The notes below the pieces were generated by a model. That model saw only the letters and a list, made by a program, of their open reading frames with translations, did not search any database and was not told the DNA's origin. Both the position numbers and the translations under genes were made by a program. DNA of 60,943 nt from a virus (taxonomy: Duplodnaviria > Caudoviricetes): positions 1 through 60,943 of the IMG/VR virus record IMGVR_UViG_3300037483_000373; one strand, given 5' to 3'. Positions 52,793-60,943 of this stretch are shown one piece after another; position 1 is the first letter of the stretch, and each line of letters begins with the position of its first letter.

Positions 52793-54998
52793 CTTCCTCG
52801 GTATCGAAAACGCGGTCAACTCGGCGACCACGTTTCGCCGCAACTACACCACGCCCACGCCGAGCCAGCAGACCGGCTACGAGGCCACGTATCTGAGGGA
52901 TCAGCATCTCGGCAAGCGGTGGCGTGGTGCAACGGCGGACGTGCGATACACGCCTCTGCTGGCCCGGTTCGATGATGTGTATCGAATAGGGGCGCTTGGC
53001 GGGCTCGGACACAATCTGTCCCCGTCCGCCACCTGGCATGCGACTCTCGGAACTACTGGTGTGCGCCCTGCGGTGCGCCCGGTGCTGATCACGGACGGGA
53101 TCGACGATAAGGGCATCAGCGGTGACACGATTCCAGCGGTCACCAATTACACGATCCTCTACCGCGGGTATCTCCCGGCTCCGGGGATTAACTCCGAGGC
53201 CGCAGGTGTGCCGATCTTTCGCCTGATGAACACGGCTTCCGGCAATCTCGCGAGGGTGAGTGTCGGTGCTGCGAACAGCGCCGCTCCGCTCCAGCTTTTT
53301 CTCTTCGCCTCGCACTACGGGACGCCGACCGTGTTCAACACCTCGGCTGTCCGGCCCGGAGGCGAGTGGTTCGACATGTGGGTGCGCTATCGCACCTCAG
53401 ACCATCGCGTCGACTGGGGCATCAACGGCGTCGAAATCGGCAACGGTACCGCACCGGCCCTGACGGGCGCAGAGGGCGCCTTCCGCGTCGAGCTTTCGAC
53501 CCTGAACGGAACGTCCTTCCTGCCGGCCTGGCACCAGAGCCTGCATATCTACGGCCGCCGGTTCGGCGACGCGGAGGTCCAGGCCTACTCGCACAGCATC
53601 CTTACAGGAAGCGAGCGGGATCTAGTCGAGGGATTCAATTTCACCGAGGGCACCGGAAACCCGGCCGGCGTTAAGGGTACGACGACGATCACTTTGACCG
53701 GTGGGACTTGGCGCGACGTCGCGAATCCGTTTCCGGCACACTCCGCCGGCATGCTCGAAGCGATCGGACAGTGGTACCGGCGCCAAGCCCTGCGGATCGG
53801 CACCGGGACGGTGATCACCTCCCCGAGCCTGGGCACTGCGACGCGGGATCTGACGGTCTCCTTTACGGTCCGATGCGACGACGACCACATCACGGGCAGC
53901 GACACCCCGATCCTCGCGATCGGCCCGTCAGCAGCGAACGCCGAGGCCCTTTTGAACCTCATCGACGGCGTGATCGACCTCACGTCCTTTCGCGGGACAC
54001 CGGACACCGTGACCGGTAGCTCGATCCGTGGCCTGGGCTTGGCACGGGGGCGCGCGACGCTGGTGTCGGTAGACAGCACGTCTTCGAACCTATCGCTATG
54101 GATGGCCACCGGCGCCAACGCCGAGACCCTGGTAGGCACGGTCGCAGTCGGCCCGTACGACGCCGTTGCCGCGTGTCTTTTGCAGCTTGGCGACGTCAAC
54201 GCCGGGGGCGATAACTCAAACTGCATTTTCGGTGAGGTCAGGTACTTCGGTGCGCTCCGCCTTGAAGCGGACGACGACCTGCTCGGCCCATGCGATCTCT
54301 CCGACCCCGCCCTGATCGAGTGCCTGGTGCTCGACAGCGAGGTCGTCTCAGAGGTTGACCCGACACGGGTGTTTACTACCGCGTCGCTGACCTATGAATC
54401 CATCGACAACCCGAACGTCACCCGGTCGGCACCTGGCCGCGAGGGGCTCGGCTACCCGTACACCAGCGGCCGAGGGCAGATCGAGGCCGAGCTGCTGGAC
54501 TTCGTGGCGAACGCGGATGTCGAGGTGTCGGAGATCTTTCTAGAGATCTGGGACCGCAAGAACGCGGACGGCTACGTGTCCCTCGGCACGCTCTGCTGCT
54601 GGGCCACCTTCAGGCCCGACGAGAACCGCGTCACAGGCTCTGAGCGCACCTGGAAGATGCGCAAGGCCATGCGCACCGACGTGGGGGGAATCCCGTACTT
54701 GGAGGACGCGTACGAGGCGCCCGTGGGCAAGATCTCACTCAAGTACCTGGACATCATCGACGAGCAGGATGAGGTCTACCGACGAGTGCTCAGGGCGCGT
54801 AGGGATAAGCTCGTACTCCTGGCGACCGAACCCCGGCGCCTGGTAGGGCAAACGAAGACAGCCACGCCTCAGCACCTCTTCGTCGACTACTTCGTCGCAG
54901 GCACGCTCACACCGACCACCGAGACCATCAAAGAAGGCAACGAACGGCACGTAGAGATCGATCTTGAGGTCGAAGGCGTGCGGAGGCAAACGGCATGA
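52782..54998 (+). CDS. Tail protein with two LamG-like domains
   Basis: KRWR, GHNLS..A, FNFTEGTG, GEVRYF, D..NADGYV.LG. Confidence 0.7.
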   Translation: MDNSFLGIENAVNSATTFRRNYTTPTPSQQTGYEATYLRDQHLGKRWRGATADVRYTPLLARFDDVYRIGALGGLGHNLSPSATWHATLGTTGVRPAVRPVLITDGIDDKGISGDTIPAVTNYTILYRGYLPAPGINSEAAGVPIFRLMNTASGNLARVSVGAANSAAPLQLFLFASHYGTPTVFNTSAVRPGGEWFDMWVRYRTSDHRVDWGINGVEIGNGTAPALTGAEGAFRVELSTLNGTSFLPAWHQSLHIYGRRFGDAEVQAYSHSILTGSERDLVEGFNFTEGTGNPAGVKGTTTITLTGGTWRDVANPFPAHSAGMLEAIGQWYRRQALRIGTGTVITSPSLGTATRDLTVSFTVRCDDDHITGSDTPILAIGPSAANAEALLNLIDGVIDLTSFRGTPDTVTGSSIRGLGLARGRATLVSVDSTSSNLSLWMATGANAETLVGTVAVGPYDAVAACLLQLGDVNAGGDNSNCIFGEVRYFGALRLEADDDLLGPCDLSDPALIECLVLDSEVVSEVDPTRVFTTASLTYESIDNPNVTRSAPGREGLGYPYTSGRGQIEAELLDFVANADVEVSEIFLEIWDRKNADGYVSLGTLCCWATFRPDENRVTGSERTWKMRKAMRTDVGGIPYLEDAYEAPVGKISLKYLDIIDEQDEVYRRVLRARRDKLVLLATEPRRLVGQTKTATPQHLFVDYFVAGTLTPTTETIKEGNERHVEIDLEVEGVRRQTA

Positions 54999-55339
54999 CC
55001 AAGACCGGATTGAAGCTAAGGCTGCGAGCCCTAAGATCTGAGGGGGTGCAGGGACTCCGGCTCTACCTGTCGGTGTCTCTCGCGGCGGCTTCGGCCATAG
55101 CTGCGCAGGCGGCACCATCCGCGCAGGCCGACTCGTCGATCGACCTATGGAAAACTGTGGTCACCTTTCTGGTGATTGGCTCTCTTGGGTGGGTGGGAGC
55201 TGAGATACGGTCGCTACAGAAAGCCAGACTGGACCAGATGGGCAGCCAGGCTGCAAGGGAGCTTGAGCTAGAGAAACGCCTTGGTCGGATCGAGCACCTT
55301 GTCGAAGATCGCTACCGGGGGCCAGAGGGGGGCGCATAG
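54995..55339 (+). CDS. Membrane protein
   Basis: Two hydrophobic segments and a coiled C-terminus. Confidence 0.55.
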   Translation: MTKTGLKLRLRALRSEGVQGLRLYLSVSLAAASAIAAQAAPSAQADSSIDLWKTVVTFLVIGSLGWVGAEIRSLQKARLDQMGSQAARELELEKRLGRIEHLVEDRYRGPEGGA

Positions 55340-55385
55340 TCTTTCGATGTCGACATTTGCAATATCTGCTAAGCTCTGGGACACA

Positions 55386-55775
55386 ATGAGCGAGACAAAA
55401 GACAAGGTCGACGCCCGCTCCCTGTGGCTTCCCGCATCCATGGTCGTCGTCTGTGTGGCTGCGATCGGCGGCGCGCTGCTCATGTCCGGGATGTGGATCC
55501 AGCAAATCAACGACAGCCGTGACGCAACCGCCTCCATGGCGGGGAAGCTGGACTCCCTGATCTCCCAGCAGTCCACCATGCAGGGCTCGCTCAACGCGCT
55601 CATGGAGATGCAGGCGACGCTCTCTCGTACCAGCGCCGAGGTGGGCAGCCTAGAAAGCCGCATGGACTCCTTTGAGGTGAGACTACAAACACAAGAGGCA
55701 TGGATTCAGACAACGAGGCAAAAGCTGATAGAACAGGGCTTCAAGTCGCCCGATTTTCGGGCGCCTGAGGACTGA
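55386..55775 (+). CDS. TM-anchored coiled-coil protein (lysis-accessory-like)
   Basis: N-terminal TM plus heptad repeats. Confidence 0.55.
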   Translation: MSETKDKVDARSLWLPASMVVVCVAAIGGALLMSGMWIQQINDSRDATASMAGKLDSLISQQSTMQGSLNALMEMQATLSRTSAEVGSLESRMDSFEVRLQTQEAWIQTTRQKLIEQGFKSPDFRAPED

Positions 55776-55784
55776 GAAGGGTAA

Positions 55785-56123
55785 GTGAAAATGTGTGCAC
55801 CTTGCAAAGTAGTCATCAATAGCCGCTACAGGCAGTCGGCGAAGCTGGCGGACCTGACTCGCGACCAGATCGAGGAGAACGCCTTCGAAGAGACGACGCA
55901 GGCCGATCCGGAATCGCCATCCTATAGCGGGGACGGTACGGGCGCCGACGAAGGGCTCTACGCTCTGGCTCTTGCAGAGGTCGAAGCGATCGAGCGGGTG
56001 AACGCCTGCGCCAAATCGGCCTTGCTCGACCACCTGTCTCTGTCGACGAAGCGCAAGAAGGATCCGCGCAGCAAGGAATCCGCAGCCAAGTGGGCGGCCC
56101 TGGTAGAACGGCTGTTCAGATAG
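55785..56123 (+). CDS. Hypothetical protein
   Basis: Last + strand ORF before the convergent endolysin. Confidence 0.5.
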   Translation: MKMCAPCKVVINSRYRQSAKLADLTRDQIEENAFEETTQADPESPSYSGDGTGADEGLYALALAEVEAIERVNACAKSALLDHLSLSTKRKKDPRSKESAAKWAALVERLFR

Positions 56124-56673
56124 GCTTCGATTCCCACCGCTGCCGCATCTTCCGGTCGACCCGCTGCCAGTCGCCGCCAAACGCCGAGAGCACGCCTGCC
56201 TTGCGCTGCTGGACGTGTGGCCAGTCTTTGAGGCTGTGCCACATGCCTCCAGCGGTGAGCCCCATCACTACGGCTGTCTGCGCGTAGATCCAGTACCCGT
56301 TCTCTCCTCCGCCGAGGGCGGACTTCCGAGCAGACCACTCTGCCTCGTTCGGCACGCGCTCCCAGAAGCAGTCAACGGCCTCGCCCCACTGATGCCAGGA
56401 CAGCCCGGGGATGGCCCCGGTGACCCGCGGCCCGTGCTGCGGACCGGCATCCACAAGACACTGCGAAAGGTAGTCTGCACCCATGGCGCGCAGCTCGGCA
56501 ATCTTCACGTCGATCTGGTGCGTGGTACGCGACTGGCGCCATAGCCGCGCCTGCTCTACTGGGTGGCGGGTGGTAAAGTACGGGCGCACGACTACACCGC
56601 GGAGACGACAGCGAGACAGCAGAGTTTCGACGTGTGCCTGAAACTCAGGCGCGAGTTCGGATAGAGATCTCAT
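56116..56673 (-). CDS. Endolysin, M15-family L-Ala-D-Glu peptidase
   Basis: R...EQA.L, PG.SWHQWGEAVD, DWPHVQ; SD GAGGT. Confidence 0.9.
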   Translation of the reverse strand: MRSLSELAPEFQAHVETLLSRCRLRGVVVRPYFTTRHPVEQARLWRQSRTTHQIDVKIAELRAMGADYLSQCLVDAGPQHGPRVTGAIPGLSWHQWGEAVDCFWERVPNEAEWSARKSALGGGENGYWIYAQTAVVMGLTAGGMWHSLKDWPHVQQRKAGVLSAFGGDWQRVDRKMRQRWESKPI

Positions 56674-56681
56674 GGTGTACC

Positions 56682-57011
56682 TCAGTGCTTCGTCTGGTTC
56701 ATCGTGGCCGCCGTAGCGAGGAGAGTCAGCACGTCCTTGGTGCTCTTCTGGGCTACGCCGGAGGTGATCATAGACCATGTCGCGGGGAGGGCCTTGAAGG
56801 CGTAGAGAAGGAATGCCAGGCCTGCGACAGTGGCTGTCCACGAGTCGGACGAAGCTCCGTATCCAAGAAACAGCATTGCAGCCCATGGTGCTGTCGCCGT
56901 ACCAAGCGTGAATGCTCCAAGGCATGCGAGGAAGAGCCTGTTCCACTCGACGGGGCCGGCTGCCGGGCTATCTGGCGGCGTTGCGGTTGCGACATCTGCT
57001 TTCTCTTTCAT
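56682..57011 (-). CDS. Holin candidate
   Basis: 2-3 TM segments directly upstream of the endolysin. Confidence 0.6.
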   Translation of the reverse strand: MKEKADVATATPPDSPAAGPVEWNRLFLACLGAFTLGTATAPWAAMLFLGYGASSDSWTATVAGLAFLLYAFKALPATWSMITSGVAQKSTKDVLTLLATAATMNQTKH

Positions 57012-57634
57012 CGGGTTTCTCCATGTTCTTCCAGCCCGCTTGCCAGCTCGTGGCCGCCAAGATCAAGCCACTCCCGGTAGCGCTTCGCCGCCAGCGCGCG
57101 AAGGTCGACGCCGGCCACCTGCTCGAAGGTGCGTTTCCCAAACGTGTGGACCTCGCCGTGGCAGCCAGGGCACAAGGTCACCTGATCGGCTGCCTTGCCA
57201 CCAGCACCGCGCGACGGCTCGTGGTGGTTCTGGTTCGGCGAGCGCGCAGTCGCCTTCCTGCCGCACACGTCGCATGGGCGCATCCACCCAAAAGTCACGC
57301 AGTCCTTGCCGCCGAAGCCTTCTTCAAAGCGCTTGGCCTTGCGGTCTCGGCGGGCCTGCTTCTCCGCCTGGCGGAGTCGCTGCCGGTAGCCCTTCTCTGC
57401 GGCGGCGAGGATGCGGCGCACGTTCTCTTCGTCGGAGAGGCCGTCGCGGACGCGGGCAAGGCGCCCCTTCTGGCGTGGCCGCACCGACAGCGATTCGAGC
57501 CTGATCCGGACCCAGTCCCCGTTAACTGGTCGGATCCACAGCGCAGCTCCGGTCGGGATAGCGCCCGCCATCCACCCCGGCCACGCTTCGCGGTGGCGCT
57601 CCAAGAGGGCTACTGCTTCAGAGTGGGTCATCAT
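57008..57634 (-). CDS. HNH-like nuclease
   Basis: PCDVCG, NHH, LCPGCHGEVH..G..TF. Confidence 0.7.
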   Translation of the reverse strand: MMTHSEAVALLERHREAWPGWMAGAIPTGAALWIRPVNGDWVRIRLESLSVRPRQKGRLARVRDGLSDEENVRRILAAAEKGYRQRLRQAEKQARRDRKAKRFEEGFGGKDCVTFGWMRPCDVCGRKATARSPNQNHHEPSRGAGGKAADQVTLCPGCHGEVHTFGKRTFEQVAGVDLRALAAKRYREWLDLGGHELASGLEEHGETR

Positions 57635-57935
57635 GCTGCGCCCTCCACCTGCGGATCCACTCGCGTAGCCTGCGGCGAGCCGTCGCAGCCTTCTGCAACT
57701 GGCGCTCACGGTATTTGCAGACCTGACACCAATCCTCTTCGCCGGGCTGTTCCGGCCCTGGTGTCCGACATGGTGGCGTGCCGTCATCCCCGGATACCCG
57801 GTGTGGCTCGAAGTGCTCGCAGTCCGTTGCCGCGGGAGTACGCCAGCGGGTCGCTTCGATCCGGATCGCCAGAAGGCCGATGTCTTCGGCGGTCGGTGCG
57901 CGGTTCATGATCGCCGGTAAAGATTCATAGCTCAT
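57618..57935 (-). CDS. Hypothetical protein
   Basis: SD GAGGT. Confidence 0.5.
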   Translation of the reverse strand: MSYESLPAIMNRAPTAEDIGLLAIRIEATRWRTPAATDCEHFEPHRVSGDDGTPPCRTPGPEQPGEEDWCQVCKYRERQLQKAATARRRLREWIRRWRAQHDDPL

Positions 57936-58068
57936 CGTGCCACCTCACTTTCCCAGTGGAGACCCGCCGTCACCCAGTCCCCAAGGTGGATCGTCTTGCC
58001 GTGCTTGTCTGACTTCGGCGTCGGCGTCCACACGCGCCACTCGCCGTCGACGAAACGGATCTTCGGTG

Positions 58069-58287
58069 TCATGACTTGCCCTCCGTCCACGCCTTGAACG
58101 CCCGTGTCCGGCGGCAGTTCCCGCAGGTAATGGCTTCAGGGGTGCTATGCGCCGCGGATCGGAGCGTGTGATTCGAGATCATAAGCGGCGATCTGCCGCA
58201 CGCCCAATCGTTCCAACCCTCTCCATACCCGCGCCCCGGCGGGATAGAGACGACAAGATGCCCATTGTCGATCGGCATGAGTTTCAC
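58069..58287 (-). CDS. Small Cys-rich hypothetical protein
   Basis: SD GGAGG; ACG, ITCGNC. Confidence 0.5.
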   Translation of the reverse strand: MKLMPIDNGHLVVSIPPGRGYGEGWNDWACGRSPLMISNHTLRSAAHSTPEAITCGNCRRTRAFKAWTEGKS

Positions 58288-58763
58288 GGGAAATCCTCCA
58301 GCAGGTCGGGACGGTCGGAGGCGGTCACAGCCACCGCGAGAGCGGCCCAAAGGTGGGACTTGACGCCGTACAGTGGGCCAGGCGCTTTCTTCAGGCCGAT
58401 GGCTTGGCCTTTCGACGGACCGAAGCGGTCGATAAGCGCTTGGCGGATGTTGGCGTCCTTGGCCCTCATGCTGCCACACAGGTGAAGCTTGACGCCCGAC
58501 CGGTAGATGCGTTTCGGCCCGAACGACCGGATCGATTGGCAGCTCTGCTCGGCAAAGCGGCCGATCCAGCACACGGTCTCGAAAGTCGTCTTGCCCACTG
58601 CCATGCCTTGGCTTGCGATCATCTCGATCACGACCAGGGCCGAGACGTTGTGCAGGTCTCCCAGCAGTTCGTAGTTGGGAGAGATGCCCATGGCGAGGAT
58701 CCGGCCCTCGTCGTACTGGATCCACGCGGACTTCTCGGTGCCTGGGTCGATTGCGAGGATCAT
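58284..58763 (-). CDS. RuvC-like Holliday junction resolvase
   Basis: ILAIDPG, VVIE, F.T..WIGRF, AKDANIRQALID. Confidence 0.8.
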   Translation of the reverse strand: MILAIDPGTEKSAWIQYDEGRILAMGISPNYELLGDLHNVSALVVIEMIASQGMAVGKTTFETVCWIGRFAEQSCQSIRSFGPKRIYRSGVKLHLCGSMRAKDANIRQALIDRFGPSKGQAIGLKKAPGPLYGVKSHLWAALAVAVTASDRPDLLEDFP

Positions 58764-59137
58764 GGCGCGTCCCGCCACTTCTCGGCCCTGGCCTGCCCTT
58801 CGGCATACGCAGTGACTGTGTCCATGGTGAGACTACCCGCATAGATGAAGTAGCACTCCCGAGCGAACTTCGCCGCGAGCCGAGACTTGCCGTTGCGGGT
58901 GAGCCGGGAGTCTCGATCTAGTCGGCATGCGTATCGCCAGCCTTCGAGGACCATAGCGAGAAAGTACGTCCCACCGGCGCCACGGGGCTTGCTAGCGCCG
59001 TTGCCGTGGATGGCAGTGGAGTAGTTCTTACCGAGCCTCTGAACCTCTTGTACGTCTACGTATCCGACAGGCGTCTCCACGATGAACGTGGCGCCATGCT
59101 GGAAGGTCTTCGCGCACGCTGTGCGGGTGATTTTCAT
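58760..59137 (-). CDS. Hypothetical protein, paralogue family member 3
   Basis: GWRY...NGKSRLAAKFA. Confidence 0.55.
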   Translation of the reverse strand: MKITRTACAKTFQHGATFIVETPVGYVDVQEVQRLGKNYSTAIHGNGASKPRGAGGTYFLAMVLEGWRYACRLDRDSRLTRNGKSRLAAKFARECYFIYAGSLTMDTVTAYAEGQARAEKWRDAP

Positions 59138-59370
59138 CTGTTTTCTATCTCCATTCTTTTGATGGCGTTGTACCACTCATTATGCCTTGGCTGGAAGCCA
59201 AGCGACAAGAGTTGCGTATCGTTATTCAGAAGCGCAAGGGTAATTGCCCGATACGAGGGGGCAAGCCCTTCATGCTCCAAAACTTCCGGTACCTCGTCGG
59301 GGATGTCTTCTGGGTATCCTTGCCGGGACCACTTCGACACGTATTTGGCAACACGTTTCCCAACTCCCAT
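59134..59370 (-). CDS. Stand-alone IbrA C-terminal-like domain
   Basis: Y..KW.RQGYPEDIPDE, APSYR.I..ALL.ND, LGF. Confidence 0.75.
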   Translation of the reverse strand: MGVGKRVAKYVSKWSRQGYPEDIPDEVPEVLEHEGLAPSYRAITLALLNNDTQLLSLGFQPRHNEWYNAIKRMEIENR

Positions 59371-59711
59371 GCAGTAACTACCTCCTGCGCAACTCTGTTT
59401 GCCGCGGCTTGTTCTGAGCCTGTTAGGTACCGGAATCCGTAACGAAACCTCCTTGGCACCGACGTTGCCAGGCACATCGATGACTGCCCTATCCAGGCTA
59501 CTCGGTTCATTCTGACGTTGCTAAGAAAGTGCTCGCACGAATGGCGCCACGTTTTTACCACGCGCCGGGCAGAGTCTCGGAACCATTCGCTGTCGCGCAG
59601 GAAGTACGCGTACAGCTCTGCGGCTTCGTCGTCTGCCAAGTCGCAGGTGGTCGAATACATGCCGTGTCGGTAGCACTCCCACAGCCACCACGGGCGCCAG
59701 ATCCGCCTCAC
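59226..59711 (-). CDS. IbrAB-associated hypothetical protein
   Basis: W.WEC...GM, W..SCEHFL, NR.AWIGQ; overlaps next gene by 145 bp. Confidence 0.65.
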   Translation of the reverse strand: MRRIWRPWWLWECYRHGMYSTTCDLADDEAAELYAYFLRDSEWFRDSARRVVKTWRHSCEHFLSNVRMNRVAWIGQSSMCLATSVPRRFRYGFRYLTGSEQAAANRVAQEVVTAWELGNVLPNTCRSGPGKDTQKTSPTRYRKFWSMKGLPPRIGQLPLRF

Positions 59712-60649
59712 TCTTCACCGTCCAGATCTATCCAGTCGTCGCCTAGCTCATCGCCGCCCTCTATCTCGGCTTCCCAGCTAGCCGAAAAGTCTCGGTTCTG
59801 AAACAGCGAAGCCAGTCCGGTGATCTGCTTTAGCCGGAGAAGTTCGTCCTGGCTCATTCCGATGTGCTTGCAGATCCACCGGTCGCCTTTCCCCATCTCG
59901 ACCAGTTCCAACACGATGGTCGACATCAGCTCGATATTGTGCGTGCCCCTGGCCCTGTTGTGGCGAATGGTCGACGCCATGCGGTCGCCCATCTCTTTGT
60001 CGATCACGACGACCGGCAGCATGCCGCGCTCGCGCTCTCGGATGCGCTCACTGTTCTTCAGTATCAGGAACCGGTGGAACCCGTCGACGACGATGTACTT
60101 GTCGTTCTTTTCGTCATAGAAGGTGACTACGGGCTGGGTGTAGCCATCCTCCCAGATAGACGTTTCCAGCAACTCCATCTCGGGCGGCGCCACCGTGTTC
60201 GGGTTGTAGTCGTTCGCTTGCACCTTGTCGATCGGTACCGGGACCACGCCATAGACCGGCGAGACGAATGCCCCATATGACCTGTTCTCGTCATGCAGCT
60301 CGTCGCCCACCAGCGCGGGGCGGAAAACAGAGATCAGGACACTGTCCTCCAGGGCCTGGAACGTGTGCGGGTCGGACTTGCCTACGGCGTAGGCCACGCC
60401 TGGCTCGATCAGGTGCGACTCGTCAGTTATCTCGTTGATCAGCATCCCGGCGCCTTCAACACAGAAACACACTTCAGCATGGTTCGTGTAATGCCACCTC
60501 TGTGGCTCTCCCTTCGGCACCTCGGTTTTGAGCACCGAGAACCCTAGTTCGTCCGATTCGAGAAACGCTCGGAGGCTAACGAATCCGCCATTGGGGCAGA
60601 CAACCTCTCTCGTGGTTCCGCGAAGCTCTTCGGTGTCTACTACTTTCAT
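59708..60649 (-). CDS. ibrB: Ectoine-synthase-like cupin fused to IbrB (ParB/Srx) domain
   Basis: N: GFS, HY.NH.E..CVEG.G, PG..YA...D.H, VF.P.L.G.E.HDE; C: SPVY.V, ANDYNPN.VAPPEM, DGYTQP, VDGFHR, ASTIRHNRARG.H. Confidence 0.88.
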   Translation of the reverse strand: MKVVDTEELRGTTREVVCPNGGFVSLRAFLESDELGFSVLKTEVPKGEPQRWHYTNHAEVCFCVEGAGMLINEITDESHLIEPGVAYAVGKSDPHTFQALEDSVLISVFRPALVGDELHDENRSYGAFVSPVYGVVPVPIDKVQANDYNPNTVAPPEMELLETSIWEDGYTQPVVTFYDEKNDKYIVVDGFHRFLILKNSERIRERERGMLPVVVIDKEMGDRMASTIRHNRARGTHNIELMSTIVLELVEMGKGDRWICKHIGMSQDELLRLKQITGLASLFQNRDFSASWEAEIEGGDELGDDWIDLDGEE

Positions 60650-60656
60650 GATCGCC

Positions 60657-60943
60657 TCACAGGTTTTTGTATTTCTGGCTGATTTCACGCTGGCGTTGTT
60701 GCTGAGAAAGCGTGGGCTGGAGTCCAAGGTACTTGCACGTGTGGTCGTTCTTCATGATCGCCATGGCAAACCGTTTCCATGAAGTCACCATCGAGGGGTG
60801 AGTCTTCAGCTCGTCCAGGTGGTCCGGAGGGTGGCGTATCCTGACCCTCCGCAGATCATTTCCGCCGTGTGGCGTAGTGCCGTTGATGTGGAATTCGATC
60901 CCGATGGATTCCAGTTGCTCGATGATCTCGTCAGGCAGCCCCC
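60657..60943 (-). CDS. ibrA: IbrA-like protein, 3' part
   Basis: ...VTSWKRFAMAIMKNDHTCKYLGLQPT...KYKNL*, the typical IbrA C-terminus, in frame with 1-1148. Confidence 0.9.
   Translation of the reverse strand, partial: GLPDEIIEQLESIGIEFHINGTTPHGGNDLRRVRIRHPPDHLDELKTHPSMVTSWKRFAMAIMKNDHTCKYLGLQPTLSQQQRQREISQKYKNL
60817..60943. repeat. Terminal overlap, copy 2
   Basis: Identical to 1-127. Confidence 0.97.

Noticed and set aside
1-60943. Genome-wide stop-codon reassignment; integrase
   Set aside because: Core genes are full length in code 11 and use all three stops; no tyrosine or serine recombinase motif seen

Overview
A complete, circularly assembled ~60.8 kb high-GC siphovirus (long non-contractile-tailed phage) genome; bases 1-127 are identical to 60817-60943, an assembly overlap. 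It encodes recombination/replication genes (Sak4/AAA_24 ATPase, PD-(D/E)XK nuclease, SSB-like protein, initiator with internal iterons, Prim-Pol/helicase). It also has a full virion module (TerS, TerL, portal fused to head-morphogenesis protein, DUF2213 protease, capsid, neck, tail tube, frameshifted chaperone, 2057-aa tape measure, LamG-bearing tail proteins), a reversed lysis cassette, a glycan-modification cluster and an IbrA/IbrB locus. No integrase, CRISPR array or reverse transcriptase was seen. Most unusual: (1) a ~690-nt promoter-driven array of structured non-coding RNAs including two tRNA-like elements; (2) a promoter plus structured RNA nested in-frame in the portal ORF; (3) ten sigma70-type promoters whose -35 box is half of a TGACA-N3-TGTCA pseudo-palindrome, each heading an accessory cassette wedged between core genes; (4) an ectoine-synthase-like cupin fused to IbrB; (5) a neck gene lacking a canonical start and targeted by two separate duplications. 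All family assignments are by-eye motif recognition; no database search or folding program was run.
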